Positions 35,420-42,916 of a stretch of DNA of 49,549 bases are shown in pieces. The stretch's first letter is position 1, and each line of letters opens with the position of its first letter. The notes beneath the pieces are model-generated. The model was given only the letters and a program-made list of their open reading frames with translations, searched no databases and was not told where the DNA came from. Both the position numbers and the translations under genes were made by a program. The stretch spans positions 1-49,549 of the IMG/VR virus record IMGVR_UViG_3300047509_000025; one strand, 5' to 3'. The stretch comes from a virus. Taxonomy: Duplodnaviria; Caudoviricetes.

Positions 35420-38329
35420 ATGACGACCTTCCTGAAGCTGACCAGCCCGAACAGCGCCACCGCACCGTTTGCGTTCGGTGTCGGCTTTGCGAAGGGGGAT
35501 ATTCCTTCATCCTTCGCCACGTCCGACCTGGCCAACTATCAGGTCAACGTGAAGCGGCGCTGGAACGACGGTAGCGTCAAGACGGCGACCGTGTCCGGCT
35601 TCGCGGCCCTCACCGCCAACGTGCAGAAGACGGTCACGTTCGCGCCCGGCACGCCGCCAACCGGCACCAGCCTGACCGCCGCCGACATTGCTACGGCGGT
35701 AGCCGCGGCAGGGACGACGGCGGTGCAGTGCGGCTCCTACGGCACCGTCAATCTGTCGTCGCTGACGGCAACCCCGTTCCAGACATGGGACAGCGGCCCG
35801 CAGATGATCAACTGCATCTACCGCGCCGGGATCACCGGCACGCACCTGCATGCGTGGTTCGACGTACGCCTGTTCGCGGGCGGCAAAATGGACATCATCG
35901 CCTGGGTCGAAAACGGCTACCTTGATGATGGCGCTGGCGCGGTGGCAACAAATGCGGATGTCACCTACAGCCTGGCCATCACGCTCGGCGGGACGGTGGT
36001 ACAGAACAACGGCGGCGTGGTGCTCACGCACTGCCCGAATACCTGCGTGTTCGGCTTCGGCTGGGTCGGCGGCGATCCGCAAGTGACGCCGCAGCATGAT
36101 GTCGCCTACATGCGCGGCGCGGCCAAGCTGACGCAGAACTACGCGCGCTCGAACCCGAACAATACGACGCTCAACGCACTGCTGCAGACCTACACGCCGA
36201 ACGTCGAGATGTCGATTTACTGGGACATGACTGGCGCTGGAGCCAATCCATCAATCGCGCTGTTGCCGCATTGGAATGCGCTGTACATGGGGACTGCAGA
36301 TGCGCGCGCCTACCGCGCGACCATCGTCAATTCACTCAGTATGGGCTCGTATGGAATTAGCTGGCGCGACGCGACCACCAAGAAGGTGTTGAAGCCATCG
36401 AATTTCGCCTCATGGTCGGTCGATGGTCCGGGCGGCTCAGCCACCTCCGGGGTCAATCTGTCGAACGGCTCCAAGTGGGAAATCAACCACGCGCCGGGCG
36501 AGAGCTACCTTGCCTACCTGCTGACCGGGCGCTACGCCCACTATGAACTGCTGCTGAAACACGCGGCGACCTGCTATATCACGCGGTCGACCGGAGCGAC
36601 CGGCGTGGTGACGATGGGCAGCGGCACAAGCCGCAAGCTGGTGCATCAGGTGCGCGGCACGGCATGGACGATCCGCACCCTGTCACTGTTGGCTGCCATC
36701 GCACCGGATTCGGAAATCGCCGCGGGCGGCGTGGCTGCCGAATACCGCACTCTGCTGGTCAACAACGTCGCGTACTGGAAGTCGGTCACGCAGACGGCCG
36801 GCATCAACCAGCTCGGCTACCTGTACGAATACGGCGCCAGCGGCAGCCTTGACGCCTACGGGCCGGGATGGTCGCCAAGCTGGCAGCACGACTGGTGGGC
36901 AGCGTCGATGGGCCTCGGCTCCGATCTGGAGCCGCTGGCCGACATGACGGAATATAACTTCGTGCGCGACTGGCTGTACAAGGGCGTGGTCGGCAGGGTC
37001 GGGGACAGCAGCGGCTTCTACTTCGGCGAGGCATCGACCTACGCCGTCAAGATCAGCGACGCGAGCAGCCTCGACCCGACCACATGGCTCGATTCGTGGG
37101 CCACAGTCTATCAGCGCACCTTCGCGCACCTGTCTGGCGGCGCGGACTCGATCGCCAAGGATGACACCTTGATTAACTCGGGCAATCCGGCTGCGTTTGA
37201 GCCGGTGCCCAACACAACCGGCGCGGGCGGCCCTGCTGACGCGGAATTCGGGCGCTGGGGGTACCTGCTGCCCGCCCTGTGCTACGCCGCCGAACATGGC
37301 GCACCGGGCGCTGCCGCCTCGTATGCGCGCGTCACAGGCGCGACCAATTACTCGACGCTCAACACCGCAGGCTTCGACCAGGCACCCCAGTGGGATGCCA
37401 CCCCACGTTCAATTCCAGGAGAAGCAATGACGGCAATTTCCGGGCCAACCAGCCGCGTCGATACCGGCAACGAGATCCCCGGCTGCACCATCGTCGGGTC
37501 CACGCCCGGTTACGGCCTGCTGGCGCAGGACATTACCAGCGGCGGCACGGACGGCAGCTCGCCGCTGTTTGCATCGCTGGAATTCCCGGCCGACCAGGAT
37601 TATGAAGTCAGCGCCACCTTGGTGACGGCGCCGACCGGGACCTTCACGTTGGAACTTGGCGATGACGGATCGCTGTATTACAGCGGCGGGGCCAACGTCC
37701 TGATGCTGCAATTCTGGAAAGGCGTGCAGCAGGTCGGCGCGCCGAAGCTGGTCACATTCTCGGCGGACGGCACGCCAAGCATTGTTACTGGCGTCACCAT
37801 TTCGCCGACCACGGCTACAGGGTCGGTGACGTTCACCGGCACCGTAGAGGGAAGCGGATCGCCGTCCCAGGCGCTGACCTACGCCAAGATGAGCGGGCCG
37901 GGCACCCTGGTCGGTGCTGCCTACACCGAGCCGGCGGCGACCAATTCAATTCAGTATGCCGTGGTGCGCGCCACCAGCGTGCAGGACCCTGACTACTGGG
38001 CCGACGCGGTCATCACCATCGCCGCCTCCATCACGCCTGTGACCGCCACCAGCGTCACGGTCACGTTCGAGAACCGCAGCGGCGACCTGCAGTCGAACCT
38101 GGCGGGCATGAAGTGGGCGTTCTTCGACCAGCCCCGACCCGATCTACTGAGCGCACCGGTCGCCAAGGGCTCGGCCGAAAGCACGAACAGCGCGGGCGTG
38201 CTGGTGCTCGACATCACCGGCACCGCGCTGCTGTCCGGCGCCACCGGCTACCTGGTGTTTTCCAACACGGACGGCACGGCCTCGCAGGCGGGCCAGATCG
38301 CCTTCGCCGGCCCCGTCGTGGTGGTCTGA
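35420..38329 (+). CDS. Large accessory protein: polysaccharide-lyase-like N-terminal part plus Ig-like C-terminal part
   Basis: PFAFG..F.KG...Q.NV.RRWNDGSVK.A; IALLPHW, HAP..SYLAYLLTG, QVRG.AW..R helical-barrel pattern; VTGVTISP Ig-like domain. Confidence 0.6.
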   Translation: MTTFLKLTSPNSATAPFAFGVGFAKGDIPSSFATSDLANYQVNVKRRWNDGSVKTATVSGFAALTANVQKTVTFAPGTPPTGTSLTAADIATAVAAAGTTAVQCGSYGTVNLSSLTATPFQTWDSGPQMINCIYRAGITGTHLHAWFDVRLFAGGKMDIIAWVENGYLDDGAGAVATNADVTYSLAITLGGTVVQNNGGVVLTHCPNTCVFGFGWVGGDPQVTPQHDVAYMRGAAKLTQNYARSNPNNTTLNALLQTYTPNVEMSIYWDMTGAGANPSIALLPHWNALYMGTADARAYRATIVNSLSMGSYGISWRDATTKKVLKPSNFASWSVDGPGGSATSGVNLSNGSKWEINHAPGESYLAYLLTGRYAHYELLLKHAATCYITRSTGATGVVTMGSGTSRKLVHQVRGTAWTIRTLSLLAAIAPDSEIAAGGVAAEYRTLLVNNVAYWKSVTQTAGINQLGYLYEYGASGSLDAYGPGWSPSWQHDWWAASMGLGSDLEPLADMTEYNFVRDWLYKGVVGRVGDSSGFYFGEASTYAVKISDASSLDPTTWLDSWATVYQRTFAHLSGGADSIAKDDTLINSGNPAAFEPVPNTTGAGGPADAEFGRWGYLLPALCYAAEHGAPGAAASYARVTGATNYSTLNTAGFDQAPQWDATPRSIPGEAMTAISGPTSRVDTGNEIPGCTIVGSTPGYGLLAQDITSGGTDGSSPLFASLEFPADQDYEVSATLVTAPTGTFTLELGDDGSLYYSGGANVLMLQFWKGVQQVGAPKLVTFSADGTPSIVTGVTISPTTATGSVTFTGTVEGSGSPSQALTYAKMSGPGTLVGAAYTEPAATNSIQYAVVRATSVQDPDYWADAVITIAASITPVTATSVTVTFENRSGDLQSNLAGMKWAFFDQPRPDLLSAPVAKGSAESTNSAGVLVLDITGTALLSGATGYLVFSNTDGTASQAGQIAFAGPVVVV

Positions 38330-38772
38330 TGAATTTCGTCCTCGCCACCCAGCGCGCGCCCAGCGGCAACCGCATTCTCGACTTCATGCTGGTCGCGGCA
38401 CTGGGTGACACCACGCCGCCGACGTTCGACGGCGTGCTCGCGGCGACGGCGACCACCCGCTGGGTAACGCTGAACTGGCTGGGCACGGTGGCCGATGACG
38501 ACAGAGGCTTCGTGCGCCACGAGTACCGCATCGACAGCGGCGCCTGGATCGCCGCTACGGCCAGTGAGGAGGTCAGCAGTTCGCATGTGTTCAAGGGCCT
38601 GACGCCCGACACCCTGTACCTAGGGGAGATGCGCGTGTGCGACGGCGCCGGCAACTATTCCGCGCCGTTATCGGTGACAATAGCGACGCTGGCGCTGCAC
38701 TTTGACGCTTTGCAGGCGCCCTCATCACGCACGCTGAAAGTGGACGCCAATACCCGCACCGTGGTCGCCTGA
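38329..38772 (+). CDS. Fn3-domain protein (147 aa)
   Basis: DTTPPTF..., LNW, YRIDSGAW, GLTPDTLY..RVCDGAGNYS; ATG overlaps the previous stop. Confidence 0.8.
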   Translation: MNFVLATQRAPSGNRILDFMLVAALGDTTPPTFDGVLAATATTRWVTLNWLGTVADDDRGFVRHEYRIDSGAWIAATASEEVSSSHVFKGLTPDTLYLGEMRVCDGAGNYSAPLSVTIATLALHFDALQAPSSRTLKVDANTRTVVA

Positions 38773-38807
38773 ACCGTGTTCTCTCCAGCCGCTCCCAAGC
38801 GGCCTTC

Positions 38808-38837
38808 GCCATCACTCACAAGGCGGTGGCCTTTTTT
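38808..38837 (+). terminator. Terminator ending the late operon
   Basis: GCCATC..GGTGGC stem followed by CTTTTTT; second hairpin GCCGCT/AGCGGC just upstream. Confidence 0.65.
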
Positions 38838-38914
38838 GTTCGACATTGATCCGAAACAAGTTATCGCCCATCAGGCGAGCTATGCTATAAGCAAACCCAC
38901 CTTCGGAGGCTGAC

Positions 38915-39085
38915 ATGGATGAACTGCAATTGAGAGACGCGCGGCTGGGCTGGCGCGGCGTGGCGATCCTGGGCGCGCTCGGCGCCGCGGCCTACGCAGC
39001 AACGGCGCTCTACGGCGAACTGGCGATCGGCGTCATGGCCGGCCTGACGGTAGGCTACCTGTTCGCACGCTGCACGAAATACTAA
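38915..39085 (+). CDS. Small 2-TM membrane protein (56 aa), absent from the ORF track
   Basis: GGAGG RBS; MDELQLRDARLGWRGVAILGALGAAAYAATALYGELAIGVMAGLTVGYLFARCTKY; extended -10-like TGCTATAAG at 38883. Confidence 0.7.
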   Translation: MDELQLRDARLGWRGVAILGALGAAAYAATALYGELAIGVMAGLTVGYLFARCTKY

Positions 39086-39171
39086 AACGAAAGCTTTCCT
39101 ATCCGACCGGTTTTGATGTAGAGTCGAGTTGTTGAACAATATCAACGACAACTACTCAAAACGGGGAATAT

Positions 39172-39429
39172 ATGAATGCAGCAGACGAAGCTTTGACGGC
39201 GGACGCACAACTGGCCAATACCATCCTCGACAAGATCATCGCCACGCAGGGACTGAAGAACGACGCCGCGCTGGGCCGCGCGCTTGATACGAAGCCGCCG
39301 GTCATCAGCAAGGTGCGCCATGGCCGCCTGCGCCTCGGCGACACCCTGATCGTCCGCATCCACGAACTGACCGGCTGGCCGGTGCGCCAGATCAAGGCGC
39401 AGTTGAATCGTCCCTGCATCTGTAGCTAA
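39172..39429 (+). CDS. Small HTH protein (LKNDAAL...PPVISK.RH type)
   Basis: GGGGA RBS; motif recalled from Oxalobacteraceae chromosomal proteins. Confidence 0.8.
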   Translation: MNAADEALTADAQLANTILDKIIATQGLKNDAALGRALDTKPPVISKVRHGRLRLGDTLIVRIHELTGWPVRQIKAQLNRPCICS

Positions 39430-39447
39430 GGCGCAACAGCATCACCC

Positions 39448-39594
39448 GCCACCCTTGCCCGGTGGCATACTTAGAACGGTAGTAGGCCGCGCGCTGGCGA
39501 CTCGGACAAGCCCAGCAGATACGCATGATATGGAAGCCGTGTTTCCACCCGTCCTTGGCGGGCCTTCCACGGCGCAGGGCGTATCAGTTCCGTT
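39448..39594 (+). ncRNA. Candidate structured RNA or leader
   Basis: Stems GCCACC/GGTGGC, AACGG/CCGTT, GCTGG/CCAGC, GATACGC/GCGTATC, TGGAAG/CTTCCA, CCCGTC/GGCGGG in an intergenic gap; no family recognised. Confidence 0.3.
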
Positions 39595-39624
39595 GTTTTG
39601 ATCGCAGTCCCACGAGGAGCAATC

Positions 39625-39756
39625 ATGCAGCAGCTACGCCCCACCAAAGAACAAACCCGCGCCTACCTGCAGTCCCGCCAGCGCGCCACGACCCCACCTC
39701 CATCGATCGAGGAGATCCGGCGCCAGCTCGGATGGAACCTCAAGCCGGATCGGTAA
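39625..39756 (+). CDS. 43-aa peptide (PPPSIEEIRRQLGW), absent from the ORF track
   Basis: GAGGAG RBS; MQQLRPTKEQTRAYLQSRQRATTPPPSIEEIRRQLGWNLKPDR; 3' end overlaps the int stop convergently. Confidence 0.7.
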   Translation: MQQLRPTKEQTRAYLQSRQRATTPPPSIEEIRRQLGWNLKPDR

Positions 39757-40801
39757 CGGCTGCGAGCCACTTCCACCCGGCCATGCAGTCGCCGGCCTGC
39801 CGCAGGTGCGTATAGCGCTTGAGGCTGCCCCAGGACCTGTGCCCGCTGACGGCGGCAACGTGCGGTATCGAGTTGCCCATCTCGAACAGCCTGGAAACCC
39901 CGTGGTGCCGCATGTCGTGCAGGTGCAGGTCGATTACCCCCAGGAACTGGCAGGCGCGCGTAAAGGCTGCGCCGATTGCGTCTCCCGTGTAGGGGAAGAT
40001 GAATTCGCCTGCGCGCGGCATGGACCGGAGGATGGCTTCGGCCTCGGGCGGCAGGTCGCACCACACATGGTTGCCGATCTTCTGGCCCGGATGCTTCAGG
40101 TCGCGCACGAGTATCCGGCCCGGCTGCAGGTCTTCCCAGCGCAGCCGCGTGATCTCTTCCAGTCGCCGTGTCGAGAACAGGGCGAACGCAACAATCTTCT
40201 GCATCGGGTTGGAGTCTGGGCGCTTGAAGCGGACCTGGCCGAAGTGGTGCATGATCTGGTCCAGTTCGCCGAGGGTCGGGCGCCGGTCGCGCGAAGCACT
40301 CTTGCCGGTGATGCCCATTTTCTTGCCGACCACGAATGCGTCCTTCATCGCCTGCTGGTCCAGCGGGTAGCCCCACGCCGGGCGCGCGATCGCCACCACC
40401 GCGCCCAGGTGCGACAGGTAGCTCGCCACCGTCTGCGGCTTGCACTTCAGCCGCCGTGCAAACGCCAGGATGGCCGGGCTGTCGATCTCCGAGCAGTGCA
40501 GCTCGGCCAGCGCGTCGGCCTTGATCGCACCCAGCACCTGTAGCTTGGTCCGGCCAAGCTCCCGCTTCGACTCGGCGATATAGCGCTCGATCACCAAGGA
40601 CAGGGGAGGGTCATCGGGGCAGTCGAGGGCATCGGGCGCGGCCAACTCGGTTTCGCGCTTCTTGAGCCACGCCTGGGCGATGCCTTTGCGGTCGAATGTC
40701 TTGGACTCCGTATGCGCCGCCTTACCCTCTCGCATCATGCGGATTTGCGCGGTATAGCCAACCGTCCCGTCTTTTCGCTTGCGGCTTGTGATCGTTCCCA
40801 T
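39740..40801 (-). CDS. int: Tyrosine integrase, dusA-associated type
   Basis: MGTIT.RKRKDG..GYTAQI N-terminus; catalytic R (STRRLEEI), K, HDMRH, GH, RYTH; adjacent dusA-like att core. Confidence 0.93.
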   Translation of the reverse strand: MGTITSRKRKDGTVGYTAQIRMMREGKAAHTESKTFDRKGIAQAWLKKRETELAAPDALDCPDDPPLSLVIERYIAESKRELGRTKLQVLGAIKADALAELHCSEIDSPAILAFARRLKCKPQTVASYLSHLGAVVAIARPAWGYPLDQQAMKDAFVVGKKMGITGKSASRDRRPTLGELDQIMHHFGQVRFKRPDSNPMQKIVAFALFSTRRLEEITRLRWEDLQPGRILVRDLKHPGQKIGNHVWCDLPPEAEAILRSMPRAGEFIFPYTGDAIGAAFTRACQFLGVIDLHLHDMRHHGVSRLFEMGNSIPHVAAVSGHRSWGSLKRYTHLRQAGDCMAGWKWLAAVTDPA

Positions 40802-40811
40802 GCTTCACCAT

Positions 40812-41078
40812 TTGCTACATGCCAATCCAGTTGCTACGCGCGTAGCAGCGCGGCAGCGGAAATAGTCATAAACGAGCGAAAATGGTTTTGCAATGAGCCC
40901 GATGGTCAGGGAATCGAACCCGAGGGCGGATGGGGAAAAGGCAGCAATACCAATGACTTGCGTGGCAGGCATCTTTTCTGTGGCCCCCATGATGGACTTT
41001 GCCGACTGAGGTGCCCGAGCCCTTATCCGGCAAGGCTTTCAGCGCAGCCTGGCACAGCAGGTAGCAAAATCGTAGCAA
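40812..41078. other. attP: dusA 5' core with arm-type repeats
   Basis: TTTTCTGTGGCCCCCATGATGGAC (40974-40997) encodes FSVAPMMD, the DusA N-terminal motif, then diverges to a stop; TTGCTAC at 40812 and 40831, GTAGCA(A/G) at 40842, 41061 and 41072. Confidence 0.85.
40883..40921. promoter_or_regulatory. Degenerate operator pair inside attP, upstream of int
   Basis: TGGTTTTGCAATGAGCCCG (40883-40901) and TGGTCAGGGAATCGAACCC (40903-40921), 20-bp period. Confidence 0.5.
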
Positions 41079-41084
41079 TCCAGA

Positions 41085-41345
41085 TTAGCCGTGCAGCTTG
41101 GTGAAATCCTTGGATGCACTGGCGCGCTGTCGGTCGATGTAGTCGGCCATATCTTGCAGGTGGACGCCGCGCGCCGCCTTTTGGCTCGGCTCGATGCGCA
41201 GTACGTTCAGCGGGATCTCGCCGGCCGCCGCCTTCTTCAGCAACTTCTCGGGCGACAGGTGCGGGAACCAGTCGCGGCACACGTCGGCGATCGGTATCAC
41301 GGCTTTGCCCTGGTAGAAAGCCAGCAGCAGGAAGGCTGTGTCCAT
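41085..41345 (-). CDS. PrtN-family protein, probable excisionase (86 aa)
   Basis: MDTAFLLLA.Y.GKAVIP...VCRD.F.HL...SQKAARGVHLQD.ADYID; GAGG RBS; flanks attP. Confidence 0.85.
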   Translation of the reverse strand: MDTAFLLLAFYQGKAVIPIADVCRDWFPHLSPEKLLKKAAAGEIPLNVLRIEPSQKAARGVHLQDMADYIDRQRASASKDFTKLHG

Positions 41346-41361
41346 GGGAAACCTCGTGGGC

Positions 41362-41385
41362 AAAAAAAGGGAGCCCGAAGGCTCC
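41362..41385 (-). terminator. Rho-independent terminator directly upstream of xis
   Basis: Minus strand GGAGCC-TTCG-GGCTCC-CTTTTTTT. Confidence 0.85.
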
Positions 41386-41410
41386 AGTTGGGACGGTGAT
41401 GCAGGCGGGC

Positions 41411-41599
41411 TCACCTTCCGGGGGAGGAGGCAGGGCGAAAGCGGCGCGGCAAGCGAACCATCGGCAGCAGGCAGGCCGCCAGCGCGACGCCAGAGACGAT
41501 CAGCGGGCCGGCGCCGACGGCATACAGCTTGGTGCTGGCGGTGATCACGACGGCGATCCAAGTAGCGACGCCGAGTAACATTGCTGGGAAAACATGCAC
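41411..41599 (-). CDS. Small 2-TM membrane protein (62 aa)
   Basis: AAGGGG RBS, GTG start, two hydrophobic segments, basic tail; own promoter and terminator. Confidence 0.6.
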   Translation of the reverse strand: MHVFPAMLLGVATWIAVVITASTKLYAVGAGPLIVSGVALAACLLPMVRLPRRFRPASSPGR

Positions 41600-41638
41600 G
41601 ATGAACCCCTTTCTGTTGTGGCGCCGTTTTCCCGCCAG

Positions 41639-41676
41639 TGGTTTGATTATAGAACCAGTTGTGACAAGTGCAACTA
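41639..41676 (-). promoter_or_regulatory. Leftward sigma70-like promoter overlapped by an operator pair
   Basis: Minus strand TTGCAC-N16-TATAAT; box TGGTTTGATTATAGAACCA (41639-41657). Confidence 0.7.
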
Positions 41677-41679
41677 GAT

Positions 41680-42273
41680 TCAGAAGGCCGCAATGCGCTC
41701 GGTCAGGATATCGGCGTAGACGTTCATGGCGACCAACTGGTTGCGCAGCCGCTGCTGTTCGCCGGCTGGCAGGCCAGCAAATACAGGCGAAGAATCACAG
41801 AACGCATAAAGCTTGTCGCACTTGTCGACCAGTTCGGCCCGTTCATCGATAACGCGCTGCTGGTGCGGTGGCAGGAAGCTCACCTGGCCGCCTGTCTTCG
41901 GCTCGGCAGCGAACACAGCGCGCTCATGCAGGTGCTGTTTCAGCGCGTAGCCCATCAGCGGCCAGATTTTCTGCTTGGCGTTCTCGCGCGCGATCTTGCG
42001 GCCGATCTCGTCGTCGAAGTTCTCCGGGCTGGCGCAGGCGCTTTCGCCAGTGACAGTGAAACCGTTGCGCAGCACCAGGACGCAGAAGGTCAGCAGGTCG
42101 AGTTGCTTCGTGCTGCCGTCGTCCACGCCGTCGGCGATGGCTGCGCCGCGCACGCCGTTGGATGCCGTGAAGTAGTGCGTTTCCGCGATGTTCGCCTCGA
42201 TGTCGGCTGGCGTGACGCGCGGCGCCGTCTTGCCCTTGGTTTGGATTTCCTGCTCGATTGCTTGGTCGCTCAT
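41680..42273 (-). CDS. Gp49/Sf6-gp66-family domain fused to a crAss001_48-like helical domain (candidate anti-defence sponge)
   Basis: PRVTP.DIE, LTFCVLVLRNGFTVTGESACASPENFD.EIGRKIA; C-terminal PPHQQRVIDE..EL..K..KL..F...F..L...EQ..L..Q...M..Y..IL.ERI. Confidence 0.85.
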   Translation of the reverse strand: MSDQAIEQEIQTKGKTAPRVTPADIEANIAETHYFTASNGVRGAAIADGVDDGSTKQLDLLTFCVLVLRNGFTVTGESACASPENFDDEIGRKIARENAKQKIWPLMGYALKQHLHERAVFAAEPKTGGQVSFLPPHQQRVIDERAELVDKCDKLYAFCDSSPVFAGLPAGEQQRLRNQLVAMNVYADILTERIAAF

Positions 42274-42317
42274 AGATACCTTTCAGTGTGCCGCGCGGAT
42301 CGGTGCGCGGCTGCCCG

Positions 42318-42515
42318 TTAATCATTCGGCACTTCGTCTGCATCGGTCGGCGCGCATGCAGGGCACGGCAAGCCCTTGACGCGCATGGTGCCATTGCAAT
42401 CGCCGCAGCGTGACGGCTTAATCTCTTCCGGTTCGGCCTCGACTACTTGGCCAAAGATCGCTTCCCAAGCGCCGGCTGGGATCGTGCCGGGGCGACGGCC
42501 AGAACCCTTGCTCAT
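42318..42515 (-). CDS. Small zinc-ribbon protein (65 aa)
   Basis: MSKGSGRRP..WEAIF plus CGDC..CPAC; ATGA-coupled. Confidence 0.65.
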   Translation of the reverse strand: MSKGSGRRPGTIPAGAWEAIFGQVVEAEPEEIKPSRCGDCNGTMRVKGLPCPACAPTDADEVPND

Positions 42516-42916
42516 GCTGCCCGCCCGAACAGTGCGTTGACGAGCTTGTCGCCCCGCTTCGCCTTCTTTTTCCAATGGCGCTGGCGGTCGGTGGCGCGCT
42601 TCTTTTCCATCACCTCGTCGTTGCGGTGAACCTTGCGCCAGCGCCGCGAATAGATTTTGTCGTCCTGCGCCTTGAGTCTGCATTCGACGTCGGTGCCGGG
42701 GCCGTCGTGGAAGACCGGCGAGAACCGGCCGCCGGTGCCGAGCGCGCGCACGTAGGAGCCGATGTGCACCTGGCCGTCGGCGTGCATCAGCCGCAGCCGG
42801 TGCTGCACCTGCGGTGGCGTCAGGCCGGTTCCTGCGACGACCTGCGCGCGGGTGCCGGGCAGGTACGCCTGAATTGCCCCGCGCTGGGCTTCGGCGATGA
42901 TCTCGAAGAAGTTCAC
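42512..42916 (-). CDS. Hypothetical wHTH-like basic protein
   Basis: PGTRAQVVAGTGL...V..RLRLMH..GQVHI; basic C-terminus; coupled ORF. Confidence 0.7.
   Translation of the reverse strand: MNFFEIIAEAQRGAIQAYLPGTRAQVVAGTGLTPPQVQHRLRLMHADGQVHIGSYVRALGTGGRFSPVFHDGPGTDVECRLKAQDDKIYSRRWRKVHRNDEVMEKKRATDRQRHWKKKAKRGDKLVNALFGRAA

Noticed and set aside
39740-40801. Integrase as a shufflon-type invertase for the tail fibres
   Set aside because: No inverted fibre cassettes seen; the adjacent attP and xis explain it as the phage integrase
40901-40925. Minus-strand GGGTTCGATTCCC resembling a tRNA T-arm near the integrase
   Set aside because: Only a 3-bp stem and no acceptor or anticodon arms; it coincides with the operator half-site, and the att core is better explained by dusA
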